64,000 nt of DNA from Cyanophora paradoxa CCMP329. Lineage: Eukaryota; Plantae; Glaucophyta. Location: assembly GCA_004431415.1 (NCBI GenBank), contig QPMI01000039.1:434001-498000 (forward strand), read 5' to 3'. The position numbers and the translations under genes were made by a program. Positions 24,748-36,418 of this stretch are shown here, one piece after another (positions within the stretch are counted from its first letter, which is position 1; every line of letters starts with the position of its first letter). A model generated the notes under the pieces. That model saw nothing but the letters and a program-made list of their open reading frames with translations. It did not search any database and was not told where the DNA came from.

Positions 24748-25270
24748 TGATCACTGTACAGTGTACATGTATACTAGTATACGTACAATGTACTACGGTA
24801 CATGTGGCACTAAGTACTAAGTAGTACCGTAGTACTGGCGGTCCAGTGGCGGAGTCTGGCGCCGGCGCGGCGCCGGCTCCGCCGCTCCGGCCGGCGCGCG
24901 GCGGCCCGGCGGGGCCGGCGCCGGCGCCGGCGCGCGGCAGCAGCTGTGCAGCTCTGAGCTGCAGCGGCGCTGCACGCAGTGCCACGCACTGCTGGCATAC
25001 GCGTACGTTAATACGTATACCGGGAATCGGTCCGGGATCGGAGCTGTCATCGTATACTGTAGCTGTCGTCAGAAGTTCTCATCAGAGGCAGCCGCTGAGC
25101 ACTGTAGATATAGATCTAGTTCTTCGCTGCTGCACTGCGGCAGTGCAAGGCTTGATTAGCTGTAGTAGCTTTCGAATTCATCGGCCGCGCGCGGCGTCGG
25201 GCTTCGGGACCGCAGACGGGCTGACCTTGGCTGCAAAGGAATTTCGCACGAAGCGGCGGCAGCAGTCTAG

Positions 25271-26598
25271 ATGGGAGCGACGATGTCCTCTTCCGCGCAC
25301 CCGCGCATGAGGGTTGTCCCGACTTCGGCGGCCGTCGACGTTCAGCTGCAGGGACCAGCTGTAGCCGCTGCATTGCCGGCAGGGGAGCAACCGGCGAAAC
25401 TCGGGAGCGATCGCATTCTCGAGGCGGCACCCGTCCCAGAAAAGCAGAGGTCGCGCTCGCCTCCACGGACGATCCACGTCCTGGCGGCTGAGGATCTCAA
25501 TAATGAACCGGAGCTGATTTCGGCTATCGTGCCCTCTGTTCCCGACGCTGTGCCCACCTGCAAGGTCCGCGCACCCTCCGACTCGAGCTCGCCCACGTGC
25601 ACTTTGGAGGCCGCGGCCATTGACCGCCGTCGTCGCGTGTGGCAGGCGTCGGAGCCTTCAGAGGAGCCTGCTGCGCAGCACGATGTCGAGGTGTTGCTAG
25701 ACAAGGTCTGCGCTTCCGCGCGGCGCATGATGGATATCATGATCAACCTGTTCGGAACCTGATTCCCCCGGCGCAGTTCTGGGCCGCCATAGTTCGCGGG
25801 ACCGTGAAATCTGCTGCGCGCGTCCCTGCAGTCAATTTTGAGCGCTACTCTGCGTTCCACCTGGTGCGCACTTCCGCCGGGCCCCCCCGTGCACGTGACG
25901 TCGCACCCGGCCCAGCTCGCGATCGCCTGACCGGCCGCTCTGCGCAGGCCCTCTTCCGCGCCCTTCGGTCGAAGTGGACGCGGGCGGAGGCGGTTTCGCT
26001 GGCCCAGGCGGACTGGCTGAGCGACTCGGTGCGGGACGGGAGCGGCCAGTCGGTGGTCACCCGCAGGCACGTCCAGACCAGCCTCGTCAACCTCGCTCTC
26101 TGGTGGGGCACCCCCGAGGGCGGCGCCGGCGAGCTCGGCGAATGCGCCCCGGCGGCCGAGCCGGCGGCGCGGGGCGTCTGGTGCCGCGACTTCCTCTCGG
26201 TCCTCCTCAAGTGCATCGCGCGCCGCGACGCCGCCAGCGGCGCCTACACCGTCGCGCCGTTCGAGGAGGTCGACGTCGGCTGCTGCGTCCGCGCCGCCGT
26301 CCGCCTGCGCAAGGCGAGCGCCTCGCCCCGGGGCGGCTCCTCCGACGGGTCGGACGGCGAGTCCTCCGACGCCTCCTCGTCGGCCTCGTCGGGCCTGCGG
26401 GACCCCGCCTGGTCGGAGGCAGTGGCGCGCGCCCTCCTCAGCAGCCTCGAGCGCCCCGACGTCGTCGTCGGGGACGACCGGCGGCGCCTCTGGGACCGCA
26501 CGCACCTCCGCCGCCACGTCCTCGCCAACCGCCTCCGCGGCCGCCTAGAGTCCGGCGACCTCGACGCGTACGTCGTCGGCTTCGACTTCCAAATATGA
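25271..26598 (+). CDS. Hypothetical protein, about 4 exons
   Basis: GT-AG introns at about 25565, 25706 and 25864 join the ORFs. The last exon has strong GC3 bias and ends DAYVVGFDFQI*. Confidence 0.6.
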
Positions 26599-28150
26599 GC
26601 GGCCATGGCCGGCGCTGGCCCCATTTTTCTGCCTTCGCGTACATTCGACTATAATTATCCCGGTGCACCACATTTCGTGCATTTCGTGAACACCATAATA
26701 ATTATAACTGTACTGCTTTGTTAGAGTAGGTCTAGATCTATGCCTAGGTTTCATTCAGCTGCAGCCCATGGCCAGTGCAATCGATCCCGGCCAGCTATGC
26801 ATATGATACTCGCCAAATTAGCGTATACTGAGCGTCCTTTGCGATCGGTGCACCGGTACCTGAGCGTCCCTCTCGAGCTCGCGCACATCATATATATCGA
26901 TATTTGTATTGCGATCTTTCTAAGAATAGGTTTAGGCCTCGCGATCGCCAGCCAGCCACAGTTTCAGAGTTTTTGATACTTGCCGACAAAGGCAACAGTT
27001 TCTTCGGTAGGTCAAAATACCTGATACCTCTTAACGTATACGTAGACTCGCCTCGCTCGTGCTTGCATACCCCAAAATGGTGTACAGTTTAATCGGGTTG
27101 GTCGTTTTGCTTGTCAGTGTGATTCGAATTCAATGCATACTATGATATGAAATGAAATGCTTCGAATTCCCTGAGGCTCTCCGATTCCGAGGGGCGCCGC
27201 GGCGCATGCGCAGGGGGACGATCTCATGCCATGATGCTGCCGGCGCCTACCACATAAATAATTACAAGTTAGCTATATAGTAAGATCTAGACTCAGTTTC
27301 GCAGCGCACTCGAGCTCCTGCGCATGCACTGCAGCTGGCTGTCGCGAATGATCCTATGATCGATATCCGGTCTGACGGTCGCGCCCATCATGATCACGAC
27401 GTCGACGTCGACGGTCCGACTCGGCGATGCCGTGGTGGTCCGCCGGTACCGGTCTTAGCTTGTGCATACGACTAGACGACTGTTGACGACGCCACAGCTG
27501 CAGCTGCAGTCTGCAGTGATCATGACTCTGCACCACTGGCCATGGGCAACTGCCATCATGCCATCGATATCGCGATCGGGTCAAGCTTGCAATTGGAATC
27601 TTAAGCTTAAGTCGACGTCGAGTCGCTGTAATCATTGAATCGAATATATATAGCTATATATAGCTATATAGGTGTGTAGCTATTGAAATGTACTACGGTA
27701 CATGCCATGATGCACGCGCGCGTCTATTCGTCTAGCCCGCGCCTGCGCCTGCATGGGAGCCGCCGTAGCCGATCGCGCGTGAGGCGACAGGGAGGCTTCC
27801 TGGCCCTCCCCGGGCCCCCTGGGCGAATTGGGCAGCTGATTATAAGATGCTGTGAGGCTCATGATCAACGGATTTGGACATGGAACTCGAAACTACCACT
27901 GAAACGCGGGGTACGTATACGTAGCCCGGCAGCGCCCCGCTGGGCCACTGCACGCGCGGATACCTACTAGTAAGGGGCGGCGGCCACCCCGAGAATTGAA
28001 CTGAAACGTTCTAAGAGCCTGCATCCACGACATCCAAATAGCCGCGAGGGCTGCTCAGCGGCTTGAAATCACGCAAAAAGAGCTACAAACCCGTCCTACA
28101 TAAACCCTTGCCCGGCAAACAAAACTGCGACGCGGCCATTACGCGTCTGC

Positions 28151-31100
28151 CTACGCGGCCGGCTTGCTGCCCTTGGCGCCGGAGGTGGGGCCGGCGCCGG
28201 CGGCGCCCGGCGCCCGCTCGGGCCGCTCGCCCTTGCGCGCCTCCGGCCGCTCCCGCCCCGTCTCGATCTCGATCTCATCGACGTCCAGGGCGGGAAGCGG
28301 CGTCTTCCAGTAGGACCTGCCGCGGGTTCGGCTCCGCGCGGGCCCCCAAATTCGAATTCGAATTCGTGCGGACCACTCGTTGAAGTTCTCGTCCTCCTCC
28401 GCGACGGCCCGCTTGAGGGGGGGGAACATCTCGTTGTAGAGGCGGTTCAGCGACGCGTACCTGGGTACGCGTTGACTCGAAGAGGCGAGGAAAAAAGGAC
28501 CGGAGCCGGGAGTGGCGCACGTCGCGAGGTAGGTCTTGTTGTAGGATCGAATCTCCCCCGAGGCGTTGATGATGAAGATCTTGCCCTCCGGCACTCCCAC
28601 CGCCCGGTACGAGACGACGTCCTGTGGCCCCGCCGCGCGATTCAGGCGAGGAAGAGGGGGAAGAGGCGCGGGGAAGGGCGGGGATGGCGGGGCGGGCCGT
28701 GGGGCGGTTCCCAAAGCCGGCGTAAAAAGGGTTGTGGTCCTCCGGGAACAACGACCGGATGTCCCGCAGCGCAGCAATCTTGAACTCCTGCGGCGAAAAT
28801 GTAATGTACGCTTGCAGACCCGGGGGGGGGGGAGATCGGGTGGGGGTACCTCGGGCTTGCGGCGGATGACCTCGCGGGTGAGGCTCTCGAAGAGGCGGTC
28901 CGGGGACATGATGACGGGCCCGGGGGGTAGGGCCAGCCCGCCCTGCTTCAGGCCCTGCAGGTACCCCCGCGTCGTGTTCGCCTGCCCGATCGCCCGTGAC
29001 GTGAGGTACATCATGTTGTACCCGTTCTCCATGATGTTCCTGCGCCCCCGCCGCGGTCGGGCGCGCGCCGGGGCGCGGGCGTGTACCCGTCCGCGGGGGC
29101 GCACGTGTAGAGGGCGGTGACGCCGGAGTGGGACCAGTCCTTGCCGACGATGGGGAGAATGTGCCCCAGCACGTCGGAGCGCGTGATGGTCCCGTCCACG
29201 TCGGAGACGATGACCTTGGTGCGCCAGGGCCACACGTACATCGTCGACTCGACCCGCTGCGTCCCCTGCAGCTTGCTCGCCACCGAGAACACGATCGTGT
29301 TCGTCCCGTACCGCAGCTCCAGCGCCTTCAGCTGCCCCGGCGACGGCCGCAGGCTCTTCCGCTGGTACGTCGCCCGCTCCGCCCGCGCCCCCGCCGCCGC
29401 CTTGGCCGGCTCCGCCGCCGCCGCCGGCGCCTGGGGGATCTCCTCCGGGCCGTCCTCCTCCTCGTCGTCCCCGTCCCCGTCCTCGCCGGCCGCCGCGGCC
29501 GGGGCGGCGCCGCGGCGCGGGGCGCGCGGCGAGGCCGGAGTGGAGGAGGGCGGCTCGACGCGGTCCGAGCGCGGCGAGAGCGCCGCGTCCGCCGCCGCGG
29601 CCGCCGCCGCCGCGTGCGGGGCGGCGCCCCGCCCCGGCCCCACCACCAGCGCCACGAGCGGCCGGAGGAGGCGGCCGGCTTGGCCTCGGCGGCGGCGGCG
29701 GCGGCGGCGGGCGGGGGCGCGGGGGCGCGGGGCTGCGGGCAGAGGCGCTGGAGCATCTCCTGCGGCGGCTGCCGCCCGAACGCCATCCAGTACATAACCA
29801 GCGGGGAGGCGACGCTCCAGGGGAAGAGCCTGGGGTCGTTGAGATGAGGCCGACGAGAACGGAGGCAAGGCGGGGGCCGCACCGGTCGCCGATGCGGCAG
29901 AGGAGGCGGGGGTCCGAGGCGAGGCCCGGGTCCTCAGCCAGGCGCTCCGCCTCCACCCGGCTCGCCTCGAACGTCCCCTCGAACTCCTGAGGATGAGGAT
30001 GAGGGGGGGGCAGGGCAGGGGGGTGGAGGGGCGGGGCGGACGGGGAGGAGGGAGAGGGCGGTGCCGGCGTGGGCCCCGGGGGGCAGCAGGTGGGCGCAGA
30101 GCGAGAGGGTCAGGCCGTCCTCGAAGGGCAAGGCCGGGGCGCCGGCGGGGCCCGCCCGGGGCCCGCGGCAGCGGCGACTCGAGGGCCGCGAGCGGCGGCG
30201 TCACGGCCGCCGTCCCCTGCGGGGCCGCCGCGGCGGCGAGCGGCGGCGTGACCGGCTCCTTGTCGGCCGGGTCGCGCGGGGCGGGGTTGTAGGCGGAGGA
30301 GGAGGAGGAGGAGGAGATCGAGGGGGCCGGCGAGCGGGCCGAGGGCGACGCCGGCGGGGAGGAGGAGCGCGAGGCGCGGCGGGGTACGGCCGTCGTGAAG
30401 GCGGTGGCGGGGGACGGGCCGGGGAGGGGCGAGAGGCGCGGGAGGGAGGGCGCGTCGGGGGCGGGGGCGGGGGCCGGCGGCTGCTCGGGGGAGGCGGGGG
30501 GCGAGGATGAGCCGGAGGACGAGGAGGAGGAGGAGAAGGCGGGGAGGGCGGCGCCAAGGCTGCCGGAGACGGGCGGGCGGGCCGGGGAGGGGGCGTTGGA
30601 GGCGGGGCGGAGCGGGACGGGGCGTAGCAGCTCGGGTGCAGCGGGGGCGGGGGCGGCCGGGGAGGCGTAGGCGTCCGACTCGGAGGCGCTGCGGCGGCTG
30701 GCGGAGGTCCGCGGCTTCATCTCGATGCGGAACTGCAGCTCGTCCTCCTCCTCCTCGCCCTCCCCGTCCCCCTCCGTCTCCTCCCCGGCAGCGGCGGCGG
30801 CCGGCGGCGGGGCGGGCGGGGCGGGGAGGGGGCCCTGCGGGGGCGACATGGAGGCGAGGAGGCCGTCCGGCTCCTCGTCCCCGTCCGGGATCCGAGGCGA
30901 CCCCTCCTCGACCAGGGGCGCCAGGGCCGCCTCCCCGCCGGCCCCCTCCGCCTCCGCCTCCGCGGGGGCCGCCCCGCCGGCCCGCCCCCGGCCCGGCCTC
31001 GGCCTGCTGCGCGGCGCCGTCCGCGGGGCCGGGCCCGGGCCGGGCCCCGGGTCCACGCGCTTGACGGGGAGGCCGCCCCATCGCCAGGTCCACCAGGTCC

Positions 31101-32473
31101 GGGACTCGGCCTGCCCGGGCTTGGCCGGCTTCGCCGGGCTGTCCGGCGGGCTGCTGAAGGGCGGCGGCGTGCCGAGCTCGGGGCTCAGGCCGGCGATCAC
31201 CGGCGGCGAGCCGAGGCTGGCCGCGAACTCCGAGTCGGACAGGAAGCCGCCGCCCCGCCGCCGCCGGGGTACAGCCGCCGGTGCGCCTCGTCGGCCGGCG
31301 AGACGCTGACCGCGGCGCCGCCGGCGGCGGCCCCGACGGAGCTGAGCTCGGCGGCGCTGCCGGCGAGCGAGTCGGCCGGGGACGGCTGCTGCGTCGGCGT
31401 CGGCGTCGCGTGGATGGGAATGGGCTCCGACGAAGTCCTCCCGCCGGCCGCCGCGCCTGCCGCAGCGGCCCGTCGTCAGAGGCCGCACCGCGGCGGGGCG
31501 GGACGTGCGCGTACGCGTACCAGGGGAAGGCGCGGCGAGGGCGGCCGCCCCGCCCACGACGACTCCGTCCACGACGACGGCGCCGGCCGCGACCGACACG
31601 CCCCCGGCCCCGGCCCCGCCGTCGATCTCCTCCTGCACGCGGATCGAGATCTGCGGCTGCGGCTCCAGCAGCGCCTCCGCCGCAGCGACCGCCGCCTGCT
31701 GCTTCTTCTGCGGGGCGCGCGTGCGGGATCAAATTCGGGCCCGGCGGCGGCCGGCCGGCGCGGGCCGAGGCATGCGCACCAGCTCCTCCGTGAGGTTCGA
31801 GGTCGTCGGAATGGGCGAAGCCGACTCGCTGTGCGGCACGGGTTCCTGCGGGGCGGGTGAGATTCGGAATGGATGCGGGGCGGCCAATCGTCGCCGCGAC
31901 GGCCGGGGCGCGGGGAAAAGCCGCAAAGCAGCACACATCTGTCTCCTCGACGAAGTACGCCTCCCCTGCCGACCCCAGCTTCATCACAAACGGCGCCTCC
32001 TTGCCATTCACGGAGATGGTCACCTGAGAGGTGGCGGGGCGTCAGCGCGCACGATCGGGGAAGGATGGCAATTGAAACAGGGTGTAAAACCGCGAGGCGC
32101 GCCGACACAACCGCCGGGGCGGCGGCTAGCGCGTGCTCAGCGATCGGGCGGAGAACACGCACGATCTTCTCGCGGGCCTTGAGGAGCTTGAGCTTGCCGA
32201 ATCGAACGTGGAATGGAGTACATCGAAAGCTGCCGTCCGGCTGCTCGATCACAATGATGTCGATGGCGCCGCTGAGGGTCGCCTGCAGGACCGCGCGGGT
32301 AAGGCGGCCGCCGGATCGGCCTGCGCGCGGTGGCACTGACCGTGTTGATGTCCTTGAGGAACCCTGCGGAGGCAGCGGCGCGTGGGCGCAACGGATCGAA
32401 GGCCGTGAGCCAAGCGGAGGCGGCGGGGGGCAGAGATCCACGCACCCGTGACATAGCTCAGGGCGCTCGTCAT
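28151..32473 (-). CDS. PAH1: Lipin / phosphatidate phosphatase
   Basis: N-LIP domain [34 protein letters not shown]...[18 protein letters not shown] domain with the DxDxT motif: [18 protein letters not shown]...GKDWSHSGV and [10 protein letters not shown]. Confidence 0.95.
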
Positions 32474-32566
32474 CCTCCGCGGGCGGCCGCCCGCCGGAGG
32501 CGGCGCTGCAGGATGCTCGAGGGGTACGGTTCAGCTTTGCCGGGGTACAGGCATCGCGTCGTCGAA

Positions 32567-35500
32567 ATGCTGCGAGCAGCCGCCGCCGCGCGGCGGGTGC
32601 GTCTCTCCGCCTCCTCCGTTATTTAGGAGCGTCTTAGAGTGCCGCCGCGCGGCTGCGGGCGTCGCGTCCCGTCCGCGCGTGCCGCCCCGAGCGCGGTTCC
32701 TGAGCCGGCCGCCGCAGGGACTGGGCCTGGGAATCGGTCGCCGTGCGTACGCGACGAACTATGGCAAGGGCGTGCTCGCCAGTGCGAAGCCGGACACGGG
32801 GCCGAGCCAAGTCCGTCCCCGCATCTCGGCCGCGCGTCCGGCGGCGGGCCGCCGTTGACGCTTGCGCAGGGACAGTTCTCTCGCGCCTACCCGGTGACGG
32901 ACCACACGTACGACGCCATCGTCGTCGGCGCCGGCGGTGCCGGCCTCCGCGCTGCCATCGGTCTCGCGGAGAATGGCTTCAACGCCGCTTGCATTTCAAA
33001 GGTGTATCCTACGCGCTCGCACACTGTGGCTGCTCAGGTGGGCGCGGCGCCCCGCTTGCCAATCTCGTCATCGCGTGAACAAGCGCAGGGCGGCATCAAC
33101 GCGGCCCTCGGCAACATGACGGAGGATGACTGGCGCTGGCACATGTACGACACGGTCAAGGGCAGCGACTGGCTCGGTCCGCAACGCACGCCGCGCTCCG
33201 CCGGGCCGCCGGACGCCCGCTGACGCCACCACCGCAGGCGACCAGGACGCTATCCATTACATGTGCAAGGAGGCCCCGAACACTGTGATTGAGCTCGAGC
33301 ACTACGGCGTTCCTTTTTCGCGTACGGACGACGGCCGCATCTACCAGCGCGCGTTCGGCGGCCAGTCGCTCAAGTTCGGCAAGGGTCCGCCGCCGGCGTC
33401 GCCGCGCCGCCTGCCGCTCTTGCGGGCAGCTAATGCGCACGGAATGCGCGCGGCAGGCGGCCAGGCGTACCGCTGCGCGGCGGCCGCGGACCGCACGGGG
33501 CACGCGATCCTGCACACTATGTTCGGGCAGGCGCTGCGGCACAACGTCAACTTCTTTAACGAGTACTTCGCTCTGGATCTGATTACGGAGAACGGTGCGC
33601 CCCGCTCTTTCTTTTCCCGCGCCCCGCTTCCTTTTCCGACGCGCGTGCGGCGTGGCAGGCGCGTGCCGGGGCGTCATGGCGCTGTGCCTGGAGGACGGCA
33701 CCCTCCACCGCTTCCGCGCGCACTACACGATCCTCGCGACCGGCGTGCGCGCGCGCCCCGCGCCGGCCGGCCGCCCGTCGCGCCGCCGACGCGGGCGCGG
33801 CGCAGGGGTACGGACGCGCATACTTCTCGGCGACATCGGCGCACACGTGCACGGGCGACGGCAACGGCATGGTGGCGCGCGCTGGCCTGCCTCTCGAGGT
33901 CCGCCATTCGATCCGCGCGCGATGCAATTTGATCGCTGGTTTGATTCGATCCGCGCTGGGCAGGACCTGGAGTTCGTGCAGTTCCACCCGACCGGCATCT
34001 ACGGGGCGGGCTGCCTTATCACCGAGGGCTGCCGCGGCGAGGGCGGCTACCTCAAGAACGCCAACGGCGAGCGCTTCATGGAGGTGGGCGTACCCCCCTT
34101 CCTCTTCCCCTCCTCCGGAGCGGCCGCCCACGCCCGTCCCGCGCCCGTCCGCAGCGGTACGCCCCGACGGCGAAGGACCTCGCGTCGCGTGACGTCGTCT
34201 CGCGCGCCATGACCATCGAGATCCGCGAGGGCCGCGGCGTCGGTACCCCACCCCCCTCCAGCCGAGCCGCGCGGGGGGAAGTCTTAGGGTCGTGTTTCCC
34301 CCGCAGGCCCCCTGAAGGACCACATCTACCTGCACCTGAACCACCTGCCCCCGGAGGTCCTCAAGGAGCGCCTGCCCGGTACCCCCCTTTCCCTCCTCTC
34401 CCCCCCTCTCTTCCCCTCTCTAACTCCCATCAGGCATCTCCGAGACCGCCGCCATCTTCGCCGGCGTTGACGTCACGAAGGTGCGCCCCGCGCTCCAAAC
34501 GGCCTGCAGCCCGCGCCAGCCAGCTAGCCGGCTCGCCGTCCCCCTGGGGTACGCCCCTCGAGCTCGCTCGCCGCGCGCAGGAGCCGATCCCGGTGCTGCC
34601 GACCGTGCACTACAACATGGGCGGCATCCCGACCCTCTACACCGGCGAGGTCGTCACCAAGAAGGCGCGCGAGCCTCGCCTCTTCCGCCCCGCCAGCCGG
34701 CCGGCCTGACTGCCGGCCCGCTGCGCGACAGGACGGCAACCCGGACTACATCGTGCCGGGGCTCATGGCCGCGGGAGAGGCCGCCTGCGCCTCCGGTGCG
34801 CCCCTGCGCCCGCGCCCGCGCCTGCGCCTGCGCCCCCTCACCCTCTGGCAGTGCACGGGGCGAACCGCCTGGGGGCCAACTCGCTGCTGGACATTGTCGT
34901 CTTCGGGCGCGCCTGCGCCCTCACCGTAGCCGAGCGCATCAAGCCCGGCGCGCCCCACAGGCACGCGCCCCCCGCCCCTTTTTTGAGTGCCCCGGGCCTC
35001 CGCGGTCGGTTCCGAGCCGCGCGCCAGGCCGCTGCCGCCGAACGCGGGGGAGGACGCGATCGCGAACCTGGACCGGATCCGCTACGCGAACGGGCCGCTC
35101 TCGACGGCCGAGGTCCGCCTCAACATGCAGCGCACCATGCAGGTGCCCCGCCGTCACCCGTCCGAGAGGGAGAGAGAGGAGGGGAGAGGTGGAGACCGGG
35201 GAATGCTGACTTGCGCCCCGCCCCGCCCCGCCCCGCCCCGCCCCGCCCCGCCCCGCGCAGGACCACGCGGCGGTCTTCCGGACGCAGGAGACCCTCGCCG
35301 AGGGTGCGCTGTACCTCCCCCCCCCTCCCCCCCTCCCCCACCCACCCAACGCGCCTCACGCTTCCCCGCAGGGTGCGTGAAGATCGACGAGGTGGCGCGG
35401 ACCTTCAAGGACGTCCGCACCACCGACCGCTCCCTCATCTGGTCCCCCCCGCCCCGGGGGCCCCTGGGAGCACCCCTCCTCCCCCGCCCTCCTCTGACCC

Positions 35501-36042
35501 CTGCCCTCCTCCCCGGCAGGAACACGGACCTGGTGGAGACCCTCGAGCTCCAGAACCTCCTCGCCAACGCCCAGGCGCGCCCCCGTCCCTGCCCGGCGCA
35601 CCGCCCCGCCCCGCCGGCGCCCTAGAAGAAGCCCGGGGCCTGTGCCTGCCTAAATTCTTGAGACCTGCCGGCTCTGGCTGACCCCTCTGGCCGCGCAGAT
35701 CACGATGCACGGGGCGGAGCGGCGGAAGGAGTCGCGGGGGGCGCACGCGCGGGAGGACTTCTCGAAGCGCGACGACGAGAACTGGATGAAGCACACCCTC
35801 GGCTGGGTCGACAAGGACTGCAACGTCACCATCGACTACCGGTCCGCCCCTGCAGCGCCCCTGCCTCGCTTCTGGCAGTTCGTGATTGTACCCCCTATCG
35901 CAGTCCGGTCCACAAAGAGACGCTCGACAAGACGGAGGTCGACGCCTTCCCCCCGCAGGGTACGCACTCACTCCCCTCGCTCCGTCCGCCGCATTGGATG
36001 ACCAACTTCGACGCGCCGCGCCGCGCAGCCCGCGTGTACTAG
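32567..36042 (+). CDS. SDH1: Mitochondrial succinate dehydrogenase flavoprotein subunit; more than 20 introns
   Basis: [72 protein letters not shown]; ends PPQARVY*. Confidence 0.97.
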
Positions 36043-36418
36043 GCGGCCAGGGCCCCTTTCCTTTCATCGTCATGCACTTAGCCCTAGTGTACAGTACCCC
36101 GAGCAATAATATAACTGCAACGAAGCAGACGTGCAGTTCTCCGCTCCCATGCTTATTCCGGGGCGCCGTTTACACACAGCCGCGGCGCGTGTGCACTGTG
36201 CCGTCGTCGTGAACCGACGCATGCGCGTGTGCTACAACCGTGGCGCGTGTGCACTGTGCCACATGACTCGCGCATGCGCAGCGCCGGCCGCGGCGCCAGG
36301 CCTAGGCCCGGCCGCGGCGCGGCTTTATGCGAGTGTACCCCAGAATTCGAACTTCGAATTCCGCCGCAGCTAGCACGAATTCGAATCGCTTGCAATTGGC
36401 CTCGCAAACCCACTCGGA

